Shown one piece after another: positions 33,630-45,278 of a DNA stretch of 64,000 nucleotides. The DNA is taken from assembly GCA_001661245.1 (NCBI GenBank), contig KV454014.1, positions 1,259,989 through 1,323,988 on the forward strand, read 5' to 3'. The position numbers and the translations under genes are program-made. The DNA is from Pachysolen tannophilus NRRL Y-2460. Lineage: Eukaryota. The notes under the pieces were generated by a model that saw only the letters and a list, made by a program, of their open reading frames with translations, made no database searches and had not been told where the DNA came from. Each line of letters starts with the position of its first letter. Within the stretch, counting starts at the first letter, position 1.

Positions 33630-34739
33630 ATGGTTAAGGGAGCAAGGAGAAGTTCTGTTTCAAAAGATGGGTTTCAAAGCGAAGCTTTGAGTCGTAAGGA
33701 AAAGAGAAAATTGAAAAAAGAGATTCTGAAAAAAGAAGAAGAGGTAGTGGCAGATGAGGAAGATGAAGAAGAAGAAGATGATGACGAAGATGACGAAGAT
33801 GAGGATAATGAATTAGATTTAGAAAAGTTGGAGCAAGGTGCAGATAGTGAAAGTGAGAGTGAAAGCGAAAGCGAAGTAGAAGAAGAAGAAGACAATGAAG
33901 AACAGAAAGATGAGCAAAATGAAGATGATGAGGAAGATGATGTTCTGCTTTCTGAAGTTGAGGTTGATTCTGACGCTGATATTGTACCTTATACAAAGTT
34001 AACAATTAATAATCTTGCAGCATTAAAGGATTCTTTAGCAAGGATTCAATTACCTTGGTCAAAACATTCATTTGAAGAACATCAATCTGTAACTTCTACA
34101 GAAAAAATTGAACCTCAAGTTAAAGATATATATGATGATACACAACGTGAAGTTGCATTTTATAAACAAGGCCTTGAAGCTGCTATTACAGGAAGAAAAG
34201 AATTATTAAAATTAAAAATTGCATTTTCTAGACCTTTGGATTATTTTGCTGAAATGATTAAATCAGATGAACATATGGAAAAATTAAAACAAAAATTAGT
34301 TAAAGAAGCTATTGCTAAGAAAGCAACTGAAGATTCTAAAAAACAAAGACATTTGAAAAAATTTGGTAAACAAGTACAAAATGCAACATTACAAGAACGT
34401 CAAAAGGAAAAAAGAGAAACTTTAGAAAAAATTAAATCTTTAAAGAAGAAAAGACAAGGAAATGAAATATCTAATGATGATTTTGATATTGCAATAGAAG
34501 AAGCTACTCTGGCTAAGGAAGAATATAAAGATAAACATGATAAAAATGGTAGAGGTAAACCAAATAATAAAAGATTACTGAAGAATGCAAAATATGGTTC
34601 TGGAGGAATGAAAAGATTTAAAAGAAAAAATGACGCTCTGAGTAGCGCAGATATTTCTGGTTTTAGTTCTAAAAAAATGAAAACTTCAAGTGGTGGTAAG
34701 AAACCTCGTCCTGGGAAAAGTAAAAGAAGACATGTTTAA
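33630..34739 (+). CDS. EBP2: 60S biogenesis factor Ebp2
   Basis: Acidic N-terminus, 'DIYDDTQREVAFYKQ', 'RPLDYFAEMIKSDEHM', 'KKFGKQVQ', 'RPGKSKR'. Confidence 0.96.
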   Translation: MVKGARRSSVSKDGFQSEALSRKEKRKLKKEILKKEEEVVADEEDEEEEDDDEDDEDEDNELDLEKLEQGADSESESESESEVEEEEDNEEQKDEQNEDDEEDDVLLSEVEVDSDADIVPYTKLTINNLAALKDSLARIQLPWSKHSFEEHQSVTSTEKIEPQVKDIYDDTQREVAFYKQGLEAAITGRKELLKLKIAFSRPLDYFAEMIKSDEHMEKLKQKLVKEAIAKKATEDSKKQRHLKKFGKQVQNATLQERQKEKRETLEKIKSLKKKRQGNEISNDDFDIAIEEATLAKEEYKDKHDKNGRGKPNNKRLLKNAKYGSGGMKRFKRKNDALSSADISGFSSKKMKTSSGGKKPRPGKSKRRHV

Positions 34740-34834
34740 TCTAGTGTAGTCTTTTTTTTTTTTATCTTTTTTTTTCCATATATATTAACGCAATTAATTT
34801 TCTATTAGTAATAGTACACAATTATAACATAAAT

Positions 34835-37800
34835 TTATTCATCAATAATTCCATTTTCTTTTAGAGTTTGTAACAACTTAGCATCAACGTATTTACCTAA
34901 AGATGGCTCACCAGTTAATCCTTTCCTCTTTCTAGTTTTCAAGACAAAATCTCTAGATAAAGAGTTACGTGGAACTGGTTTTAATGGAGGTAAATAACAA
35001 TCTTTTTGCAATGGATCACCAGGGACATAATCCCATTTATAAAAAGTTAAAAAGCACATTGCTTGACCTTGAGTATTTATTCTAATATCTGTTTCTAAAC
35101 CAACAGAATCAATTACTGGAACAAATCCAACCATTTTATAAAAAGGTGTACCATCAACACTTGCATCTTCTAAGATAGCACCTCTTCTTTTCTCCAAGAT
35201 TCGATTGAATCCATTAACAACTTCTCTAGAATCAACTGTATTACCTCTACTTGTATCATCGTATGTTTCGGAAACTATCTTGACAATAATATCAACACGA
35301 TATATGGGTTCCATTAATCTAGGTGATGAGATCATCATTGCAGCATAACAAGCTTTTCTTATCATTGGAATAATTTGTCCACCATTTGAATCCAACAAAT
35401 TATCAGAATCCATTTGAAAGTCAAGAATTTTAAACTTAATGCTTCGAATAGGTTCATCACATAATGGACCTTCTCTAGTTGCCCATTGGAAACCTTGGAC
35501 TATTGAATCCTTTAACAATTTCAATTTAGACTTGTCAACTTCATCTGGCAAAGTATCATCAAGTAAAATATTCAGCGCACCATTTTCTGGAGCTCCAAAT
35601 GACCAGATAGACCTAGAGGCTAATGCGTCCCATTTATATTCATCTCTGAATAATTTACCAATTTTTCTCAGATCTGAAACACTGGTTGGAACTTTACCTA
35701 TCTCAATATCTCGAGTTATTTTTTCTTCTAAAGGTTCCAGAATTATTGTGACTCTATTTAGTTTATTTGTTGATTCAATTGAAATCTTAGTCATTGAAAG
35801 ATCTGTACAAGATTCAGCAAATCTACTTATTGGATCACTGACTTTGATTTCAATATTTGAATATAATTTCCTCAAATCATGTAACAAGCAGTCCATGTAT
35901 AATTCCCCAGAACCCAATATAACGTGTTCACCGCTTTCTTCAACTTTTATTTCACAACCACAATATGATTTATTAATTTTCCGTAATCCTTCAAGTAATT
36001 TAGGTAATTCTGAAGGGTTTTGAGGTTCTATAGCCACTTTGAAAACTGGTTGGATTATATAATCTAATGGTTTAAAAATATATAATTGTTGATCAAATGT
36101 TGACTCATAAATGGTTGCAGTCTTTGTTACAAACGTATCCAAATCTTTGGAAGTTATTAAACCTATGCACCCTGCAGGTAATTCAGTTACAGGAATTCTA
36201 TATCTTCCACCACTTATATAAATTTTTTGTAATTCTTGTTCAATCATATCTTCATCATCATCTGGTGAGTAAGCTTCTCCTAAAATTTTATAAGTTGTTT
36301 TCAATTTTAATGTACCACTAATAACATGTACAACACCATAAAACTTTGATGAATCTTTGGAATCTATTAATTTTGTAATATGAGCAATTAATGGTCCATT
36401 TTGATCACATCTAGAAATATGTTGTTTAATTAAATCAAGTGATTCTGATTTTGTATTAAATAATAAACGATCAATTTTTTGTGAAGCAATATCTATTGGT
36501 GAAGGACAATTTTTTTCAACCATATCAACGAAACCTGAAGATGACCCAAAAATTTTTTTACAAATTTCTCTTAATAAAACTTGTGAATCTAATTTGAATA
36601 AGAATGATGGTAATGAATTTAAATTAAAATGTTTTTGTAAGAAAGACAGTAATTCTTTTGGTTCTTTTGTTAAAGTATGACTAAATATTTTGTATAATGG
36701 ATTCAATATGAATTTTATAAATGATCTATGATTACTTTCTAAAGAAGAATTTTTTTTTTGAAGAGTTGAAAACAGATTTGTTTTATCATCATAATAAATG
36801 TCACCCCAAAGACGTGAACCAAATGAATCAATATCTAAATCATTTGCATTAAATCGTTCACAATATAATTGAGCAAAACTTCTTAGATTAAAGCAAAATT
36901 GATATGAAGAAGAAGCAAATAATACATTGTTTAATTCTGGTGAGAAATGTAAAATTTCATTTTTATTATTAAATTCTGAATTTTTAATAAATTCATTAAA
37001 TTCTTCTATAACATGTCTTAATTTAAAATATGCATCTAATGGTGGAAGACGTAATTCTAATATAAGTCTATCAATTTTATTTATTACCAAACACATTGGG
37101 ATATTATATTGTAAACAATTTTGAATTGCTAATTTATCACCAATTGATAAACCTTCAATACAATCAAGTATTATAATTGCACCATCAACGGATGCGTTTG
37201 AAATTGCCAATTCATCTGCGAAATTAACATGACCTGGTGAATCCAATATATTAAATACAAGACTTTTCTTATTTAAATCTTGTAATAATAAAGTTACTGG
37301 AGTTGATTTTATAGATAAACCTTTTTCAATTTCTAAAAAATGAGTATCTGTATATCTTAATGGTTTAAAATTTTTTAATTTTTTAAAATTTATTGTTTTT
37401 AAATCAGAATGAGTTTCCCATATTAACATATCTAAAAAACTTGTCTTTCCTGAATGTAAATTTCCAATTAATGAAATATTTCTAATTCTTTCTGGTAATG
37501 ATAACATTGAATTTACTAAATAATCTAATGAATATACTGTTGAAGGTAATTCTGTTTCTTCTAATTTTAAAATTTTTTGTTCCACTGGTTTAACTATTGG
37601 TTCATCTATATCTTGAGTATCATGTGTTTGTATAATAGTTTCAACATCTGGTCCAAAAGTTTCATAAATTGAAGGATAATATTTTTTATCTTCATTGAGT
37701 ACAATAGCAGTAGTACTCAGAGTATTAATATCATTCTCATTCTCATTCTCATTCTCATCAACCATCTCTTCTTCCGATCCATAACCGGCAACATCATAAT

Positions 37801-37970
37801 TCACATCCCCCGAGTTTGTATCTGAGCTTGAATCTGAATCCAGTGCATCCCCAATGAGATTACCAAACCTAAAAAAAAAAAAAAAAAATGGCATTAGTAT
37901 AAGTTCAAATATCAAATATTAACTTAATTATTTATACATACTCGTCGTAAACGTCTTCATCGCTGTCCAT
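34835..37970 (-). CDS. SNU114: U5 snRNP GTPase Snu114, two exons (37970-37942; 37868-34835)
   Basis: EF-2-like GTPase (GNLHSGKT, DSPGHVNF, NKID, QWATREGPLCDEP). A 73-nt intron at 37941-37869 (GTATGT...TACTAAT...TAG) restores the conserved N-terminus MDSDEDVYDEFGNLIG. Confidence 0.96.
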
Positions 37971-38931
37971 GATTTGCAAAACCACAAAACCCAATTTGCA
38001 AGCTGAGCCTTAATGAACAAAAAACTTTAAATAATAAGAAAATAGAAAAAAGTATTAGCTTCTACTCTATAATTAAGTAATATATATATATATATATATA
38101 TAAAGTATAATCTTTCAGCTGCTATTTAGTAAGAGACAGTTTTTAATGTGTCTGTCGTCAGTCAATACTGAAAGAAAAAGAAGAAAATGAAAAAAAAAAC
38201 CAAAGTAGTGTATTATGGAACCAAGTTACAAAATAGGAAACTTTGGTACAGGTAGTGCATAGTACCAGAAAAACTAAAAAAAATTTTTTTTTTGAAAAAA
38301 CCTAATAGTAGTGTACAATAAGCAAAACCAGGCACGTGCGCGCGATGTCATCAGATTTTTTTTTTTTTTCTTTTCTTTTTCTTTTATTTTTACTTTTTAA
38401 ATAAAAACAAGTCGTGCACGAAGTTAAATTTTCAACAGTATGGTGACGCCATAGCCATAATAAAAATAATAGTAATAAAAATGGTAGTGTACTTGCTTTT
38501 CCATTATTCTTCTATTATTCTTCATGTTTTTTGTTTTTTCCCTTTTAGGATTAAAGCTTTTTTTAAAATTGATTTGATTTCTTAATACAGAAACTTAGGG
38601 CGGTTAACGTATGCAACGCGCCCTAAATTACCGAATTTGGTTTTTTCTTTTTTTTTTTGATTTTTTTTTTTCTTTTAAAATTTTATGCTAACAAAAAAAT
38701 TTCATTTTGAAATTTCATTGTAATTACTAAAATAATATTTTTAAATTATATTTATTCAACACTAAATTCCATAATAATAATAAAAAAAAANAAAAAAAAA
38801 AAAGATTACAAAATTCATTCATTTTAGTAGTAATCTATTTATTTGATAGATTATCTATATCTATAGTTTTTGTTAGAAGGAAAGGTTAGATTTTTATAGG
38901 TATAGATTGGTATTTTTTTTTTTTTTAGAAG

Positions 38932-41900
38932 ATGGTAGCTACTACATCATTCGCTAAGAATGCCTTGTTTAGATCAGGTTATTCATCTAAAAAAATTCAA
39001 AAATGTTTGATTATTACTGGATTATTAGTTTATTTTTCAATATTCATAGTATCGATAGATAGTTTTATTCCATTTTTATCATTGGGACAACAATCATCAA
39101 ATACTGTTACTAGAGATGAAAAAAATTCAGATTCACAAACTGAAATATCTGGTTCATTGAAAAAAATTAATTTAAATAATAAAATTGATGTATTAAAACA
39201 AAATGCTCTGAATAATGAAATTGAATATAAAGTGATGAAAGCCATTGATCCAAATTTTAGTAAAGATACTGATGGTGTTGATATTAAATATGAAGACACG
39301 TTAATAAAAGAAGAATTAATTTCTCCTTCTTCAGATACTTCATCATCATTATCAAATTCTTATATTAATCATCAAAATATAATGGAAAGAATAAATAGGT
39401 ACTTGGGCCTGTCATCTTCTTCCTTATCAGATTCGAAAAAACTTGATTCTTCTCAGAAATCAAGTCATGATCTGGTTATGGATAGAATAAATAAATATAT
39501 AGATGATGCTTCTCCTAAAAATAATGAATATGACGAGTACGCGCTGCTTAATAAAGGTCCAGTTAATGAACAAGAGCCAACAAGACAGCAACTGCCACAC
39601 CAACTGCAACTGCAACTGTCTCAGGTTCCTGTTGTTGCTGTTCCTGAGAAAGCTGTTCAAAAAGAAGCTAATAAAGAAAATTCAGAAACTAACGCCAATG
39701 AAAATACTAATGCTGGCTCTTCTTCTCCTGCAAAAGCTGAAGCCAATGCCGCTGAAGCTCCTGCTGTGCTGGCAAATAACGCAGGTAATGCAAATAACGC
39801 GCAACTCGATTCAAGCTCAGGTTCAAGCTCAGGTTCAGGTTCTGGTTCAGATGCATCTGAACTGAATCCAATCTTTGTCTTTGATAAAGGTAAAATTGTT
39901 AAACCTGAAACTGGTGAAGAACAAGACGCACAAGATCTTGTTGCCGCAGGAATACCTCCTATAGCTCCACCACAGAGCGGAGACAACGATGAAGATGCAG
40001 GCAGTGTCACCGTTGTTAGTCCGGAAGAAGCAAATGCAAACCCTGAATCCAAGGATGCACAAGTAGCACAACAACCGGAACTGCAACAACAGAAAGAAGA
40101 AAAGCCAAGTAACATAAATCTGGAACAGCCAGCTCAGCAAGCTCCACCAGCTGAACCAGCTAAAGATGTACCAGTTGCTAAACCAGCTGAACAAGCTGAA
40201 CCAGCTCAACAAGCTCAACAAGCTCAAGATGTACAGGTTCCTCAGAAAGACACTGCTAAAGATTCTTCTGCTGATACCGTTCCTGCAATAGGTGAACAAC
40301 TGGGCAGCGCAAAAGAACCTGCACAGGCAGATACCAAACAAAGTTCTGAACAGCAACAACAAGAACCAGCTAAAGGAGATCAGGCAAAGGCTCTGCTGCC
40401 TGCAGAACTGCCTGCAGATCAATCACAGCAGGGAGGAGTTGCTCAAGAAGGTGCTTCTCAGCAACAGCAAAAGGAAGCACAGGCTCCTGCTGCTGCAAAT
40501 GATAAGCTGCAACAGGCTGATAAAGAAATTAAGGAAGAAAAGAAACCTGTTGTTGAACAACAGCAACAAGAGTCTTCTGGAAAATCAGCATCTGAAGCTA
40601 AATCAAATGCTAATGCGAATGCTGATCCAAATGCTCAAGTAAGAGATGTTGATAAGATAATTGAGGTAGAACCAGCTCATTCACTTTATGGTCCTTATGA
40701 GCGTATTATCAATATCTTGTATGAATCAACTATTAGCACCCCACCTTTGAGAAACTACCGTGAAACTGCAAAACATGTTAAAGCATGGATTAAAGATACT
40801 ACTTTTACAAGAGAATATCTTGATTCATTATTAGAGATCAATGACCAGTCTTTTTACGATTTAAAAGAACAACATGATAAATTGAAAAGAACAATTCAAA
40901 ATGAAAATATTCCATTTGGACATGCAGACAAGATGAAAGTTGGTTCAGATGGTATTGTTTTAGTTGGTGGTGGTAAATATAATTTATTAGCATTGATTAG
41001 TATTCAAAATATCAAGTCATTAGGTTCTCAATTACCAATTGAAATTTTTATTGGTAGTGAAGCAGAATATGATGCTAATTTCTGTAATAATATATTACCA
41101 AAGTTTGGTACTGGTATCCAATGTACTTTACTTTGGGAAGAATTTGGTCCTGAATTGATTTCACGTTTAGTGATTAGTGGATTCCAATACAAGACATTTG
41201 CATTATTGGTTAGTAGATTTCAAAACATTTTGTTTTTAGATTCGGATAATTATCCTGTTACAAACCCAGACTTGTTATTCAAATCAAAAGCATTTATGGA
41301 TAACGGTTTAGTTTTCTGGCCTGATTGTTGGTATAGAACTTCAGCTCCATCATATTATGATATTGCTGATATTCCTATTGGTAGAAACAGAGTTAGAGGT
41401 CCAAGTGCGGAGTTACCACCAGATGTTACAGAATTTAACTACCATGATTTAGAAGGTGCTTTACCTGATCCAACTACAGAAACTGGTATGATTATGGTTA
41501 ATAAGCTCACACATAGTAAGACATTAATAATGGCGTTATATTACAATTTCAATGGTCCAGATTATTATTATCCTATTTTCACCCAAGGAGGTGCTGGTCA
41601 AGGTGATAAAGAGACATTTATAAGTGCAGCACATGTTTTAAAAGAGCCATACTATCAAGTTTCTAAATTTTTCAAGTTCATTGGTGCTTGGAAACATGAA
41701 GAGTTTGACTTTAATGCATTGCTGCAGTTTGATGTTATAGATGACTATTATAACCATGAGCACAATTTTAAACCGGGAGATGAAGGTTTTAGAGATCCAA
41801 AGATATTATTCATGCATTTGTCCTATCCTAAATTACTTCCAGCTCAGTTGATCAACGATGTTGAGTATACTTTTGAAGGTCAACCAAAGAGATTATATGT

Positions 41901-42360
41901 CAACTCTACATTTGAACTTAATTACGATTTTGAATTAAAAATGAATGAATTTTTCAACCAATTCTTATGTACCAAATATGATGATTCACAGGATGAGTAT
42001 AGAGTTGTTGAAAAGGATCTTGGATTAAAATTAAATGATATAGGATGTGATAAGGACTTGATGGATCAGTACTGTGAAGAAACGTTTATTCCACATGTTG
42101 CATACTTGAAAGAACACCCTGAGTTAACCACAGAACAAAAAGAGGAGAGAGAACGTGAGAAGGAAAAAGCTGAATCCGAGAAGGCAAGTGGTGGTAGCCC
42201 AAAAGATGATGATAAAAAAGAAGCTGTACAACAGCCGGAAATTGAACTACAACTGATACTGGTACAACCTGAAAAGAAAGATGGAGAGGCCCAAGAGGCT
42301 GCTCCTCCACCACCTGCTCCTATTGAAAACAATCAAGAAGTGGTTGCTGGAAACCAATAG
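38932..42360 (+). CDS. Mnn2/Mnn5-family alpha-1,2-mannosyltransferase (GT71) with very long Ala/Gln/Pro/Glu-rich stem
   Basis: TM anchor near the N-terminus. Catalytic motifs GIVLVGGG, 'GFQYKTFALL', FLDSDN, 'FWPDCW', 'QGGAGQGDKETF'. Confidence 0.9.
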   Translation: MVATTSFAKNALFRSGYSSKKIQKCLIITGLLVYFSIFIVSIDSFIPFLSLGQQSSNTVTRDEKNSDSQTEISGSLKKINLNNKIDVLKQNALNNEIEYKVMKAIDPNFSKDTDGVDIKYEDTLIKEELISPSSDTSSSLSNSYINHQNIMERINRYLGLSSSSLSDSKKLDSSQKSSHDLVMDRINKYIDDASPKNNEYDEYALLNKGPVNEQEPTRQQLPHQLQLQLSQVPVVAVPEKAVQKEANKENSETNANENTNAGSSSPAKAEANAAEAPAVLANNAGNANNAQLDSSSGSSSGSGSGSDASELNPIFVFDKGKIVKPETGEEQDAQDLVAAGIPPIAPPQSGDNDEDAGSVTVVSPEEANANPESKDAQVAQQPELQQQKEEKPSNINLEQPAQQAPPAEPAKDVPVAKPAEQAEPAQQAQQAQDVQVPQKDTAKDSSADTVPAIGEQLGSAKEPAQADTKQSSEQQQQEPAKGDQAKALLPAELPADQSQQGGVAQEGASQQQQKEAQAPAAANDKLQQADKEIKEEKKPVVEQQQQESSGKSASEAKSNANANADPNAQVRDVDKIIEVEPAHSLYGPYERIINILYESTISTPPLRNYRETAKHVKAWIKDTTFTREYLDSLLEINDQSFYDLKEQHDKLKRTIQNENIPFGHADKMKVGSDGIVLVGGGKYNLLALISIQNIKSLGSQLPIEIFIGSEAEYDANFCNNILPKFGTGIQCTLLWEEFGPELISRLVISGFQYKTFALLVSRFQNILFLDSDNYPVTNPDLLFKSKAFMDNGLVFWPDCWYRTSAPSYYDIADIPIGRNRVRGPSAELPPDVTEFNYHDLEGALPDPTTETGMIMVNKLTHSKTLIMALYYNFNGPDYYYPIFTQGGAGQGDKETFISAAHVLKEPYYQVSKFFKFIGAWKHEEFDFNALLQFDVIDDYYNHEHNFKPGDEGFRDPKILFMHLSYPKLLPAQLINDVEYTFEGQPKRLYVNSTFELNYDFELKMNEFFNQFLCTKYDDSQDEYRVVEKDLGLKLNDIGCDKDLMDQYCEETFIPHVAYLKEHPELTTEQKEEREREKEKAESEKASGGSPKDDDKKEAVQQPEIELQLILVQPEKKDGEAQEAAPPPPAPIENNQEVVAGNQ

Positions 42361-42868
42361 ATTTTAAAAAAAATTAGCCACTATTTTCTTTTTTTAAATC
42401 AGAACAGGAATTTTGATTAATAAACTATTTTGAGAAGCATATTTTTTTTTTATTACTATTACTATTATTATTATTATTATTGTTTTATTTTGTTTTGTTT
42501 TGTTGAATTTTTTGTTTTGACTTTGCTTTTGTTCTTGTTTTTACTGTATTACAAATGGGATCAATTATTTACTATTTTATTTTCTATATTCGGTGACTTT
42601 ATTACTTTATTTTTTATTTCTAATTAAAATTTTCTGTTACAATCATTATAATTTTTTTTTTTTTAAAATCCATTTTTTAACTTTCTTTCTCCGTTTCCCT
42701 TTTTCAATTGTCGTTGACAAACACTTTGTTTTGCTGAATTTTTAGTTCAAAGAACTTTTTTTTCTAGAATAATAATTTCAATGAAATAGGTTAATAGGTC
42801 ATTCTATATAAGTTTTTTTTAAGACTAGAAGAAATTATAATAAAATAACTGATTTTACTTATTTACTA

Positions 42869-43833
42869 CTATATAATTTTTGTTTGTCCAATATATTTGT
42901 TTGAAATGAATTTTAAAAAATTTTGATCAATTTCCATATGTTGCAGATCAATCGTTAAAAATTCTACTTTATCCTTTTGATATAAAGTTTTCAAACCTAT
43001 TAAATTTTTATTAAAACTTGTAGTTTCATTAAATAATAATAATTTGTTTAAAGAAACATCAAAATCATAAAACCAAGCACTTTGCTTTGGTACTAAAGTT
43101 TGATCTTGATTAAACATTACCATTACTAATTTATTTTGTAAATTTTCAATTAAATTATCTTTATATTGCCAATTTTTTCCATCATCATTATTAATATATT
43201 TTAAAAAAACAGATTCTTTTAAATATTCATCATAAGAATAAATATCTCTAAAATATTGTGCCTGCACAATACTATTTTGAATTTTTTTTTATAAACTTGT
43301 TTTTTCAATAAAGAATTTCGATTTTTACAAAACCAATCTTGATTTTTACACATTGGTAAATCATAAATTCCATTATGAGGAGATCCAAAAGTTATTAAAT
43401 TATTGAGTTTAAAATTATTACAAGTTTCTAATAATGCTCTTAAAAATAATCCACCTTGAGAAAATCCAATACCATCAATAATTTTCAGATTTGGTAAATT
43501 TTTTTGTAAATCTTGACATACTTGATCCACTTGTAAAGAAACATTACCAAATATACTTAATTGTTGATCTTTATCATTATCTTCATCAATACGTATAGAA
43601 TAAATAAATAAATCAGGATGACTTGATTGGAAAACCTCTATAACTTTGGCCATTGAAGAAGAATTATAAGAATCTCCCATACCATGCCATAATACTAAAA
43701 CTTGTTGCTCATCATCATCATTATCATTGTGAATCTCAGAAGTAACACTACCAAACTTATCAATAATAAACGCATTTTGAGCATCAATTATAGCAGAAAA
43801 AAGCAAAATTATCAATACAACTAAACTTTTCAT
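42869..43833 (-). CDS. Palmitoyl-protein thioesterase 1-like secreted/vacuolar hydrolase, split by a one-base frameshift in an A9 run (43282-43290)
   Basis: Signal peptide MKSLVVLIILLF, WHGMGD, GFSQGG nucleophile motif, GSPHNG. Adding one A gives YKKKIQNSIVQAQYFRD and joins ORF 42869-43267 (D...P..SAWF). Confidence 0.85.
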
Positions 43834-44054
43834 TTTTTTTTTCACTATTATTCCCAATAGTATATATTTCAATTACGGTATTAAACAATCAAAAGTGTTT
43901 CTCATGATCAAGATAAGATAAAAAAAGAAAGAAAGAAGGTATTAAAGAAAAAAAAGAAAAAATAAAAAAATTTTTTTTGTATGCATTTAATTTAATTTAA
44001 TTTTCATTTTCATTTTAATTTTTAATTTTCAATTTCAATAATTTAATTTGGTGG

Positions 44055-44901
44055 ATGATCAAGATGAATCCTAAAGATTATATATTAGGAGAAGAAGCAT
44101 ATAGACAGTCTGAAAAGTCATTAAAGGCGTTGGTTACTCATTTAAATAAAGGTATTAAAGATCCTATTTATTTAACAATAAATTTAAACAATCCTATTGT
44201 TCGAGAAAATGATTATATTCCAAGATTAATACCGTTAAGTAATAAATTTTCTTCACCAAAATTATCATCAATGAAGATATTACTTATTACCAAAAATGAT
44301 CTTAATGGTGAGAATTATAGAAATGTTATAAAAGCTAAAGAATCACCAATTTCTGAATTATTTCATGATATAATTACTTTAAAAAAATTGAAAAAAATTG
44401 CTTTAAATAAAAAAAAATTGAATAATTTTTATAATGAATTTGATATGATAATTTGTGATAATAGAATTTCAAAATTACTTTTTAAAATAATTGGTGGTGA
44501 TTCTTTATATTCTAAAAAAAAAAATACCATTTTTAATTCAAATGGCAAAACCTGATTTTTCATCATCAAAATTAATTTTATCACAACAACGTAAATTAAA
44601 AGATGAAAGATGTGATGTAAAATATATTTTAAAACAAATGAAATTTATTTGTCAAAATACAAATTTTATACCTTCAGGATCAGGAACATGTTTATCAATT
44701 AAAATTGGTTATGCAAATATGAATATACAAGAAATGATTGAAAATATTAATGATGTTTTAAATTTCTTAATTGATAATAAAAATAAAAATGTCATTTGTG
44801 GTAAGGAAAATTTAATTAAAGGTGGAATAAAATTATATAAAGATGTACATATAAGAAGTGAATCAACTATTAGTTTACCTATATATTATCAAAATAAATA
44901 A
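44055..44901 (+). CDS. UTP30: Ribosomal L1-domain protein Utp30, split by a one-base frameshift in an A11 run (44514-44524)
   Basis: 'YIPRLIPL', 'ILLITK', 'FDMIICDNRI'. Removing one A gives SKKKIPF and continues to 'HIRSESTISLPIY' (~281 aa). Adjacent to KTR2/YUR1 as in S. cerevisiae. Confidence 0.82.
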
Positions 44902-45278
44902 ATAAAATAATTAATTAATTAAATAAAATTACATATACATTATATATAGATCAATCTTATCCTTTTTCTTCTTTTTTTTTTTTTTGGTCTCTCTTTAGTA
45001 ATAACCAGTTACTTAGCCAATTACTTAGCCAGTTAGTTAATTAGCCAGTTATCAATAATACTTTTAATATGTGACAAAAATAAAAAAAAATTAATTAATA
45101 AAAAAAACTTCTTTTAGGGCTTAGATGAAGATTTATAAATGATGAAAAGTTTCCAAATATTTTTTTTTATTTGCTTTTTGCTTTTTGCTTTTTGCTCTCT
45201 TTTTATTTTTTTATTTTTGATTTTAATTTTTTGTTGATTGGAATTCAACTGGAAGAATCATTTTAAAATTGGAAAATT

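Noticed and set aside
35439..36023. Antisense ORFs of 100-190 aa within SNU114, LTE1, the MNN2-like gene and MER3
   Set aside because: Expected by-products of codon bias on the opposite strand of conserved genes.
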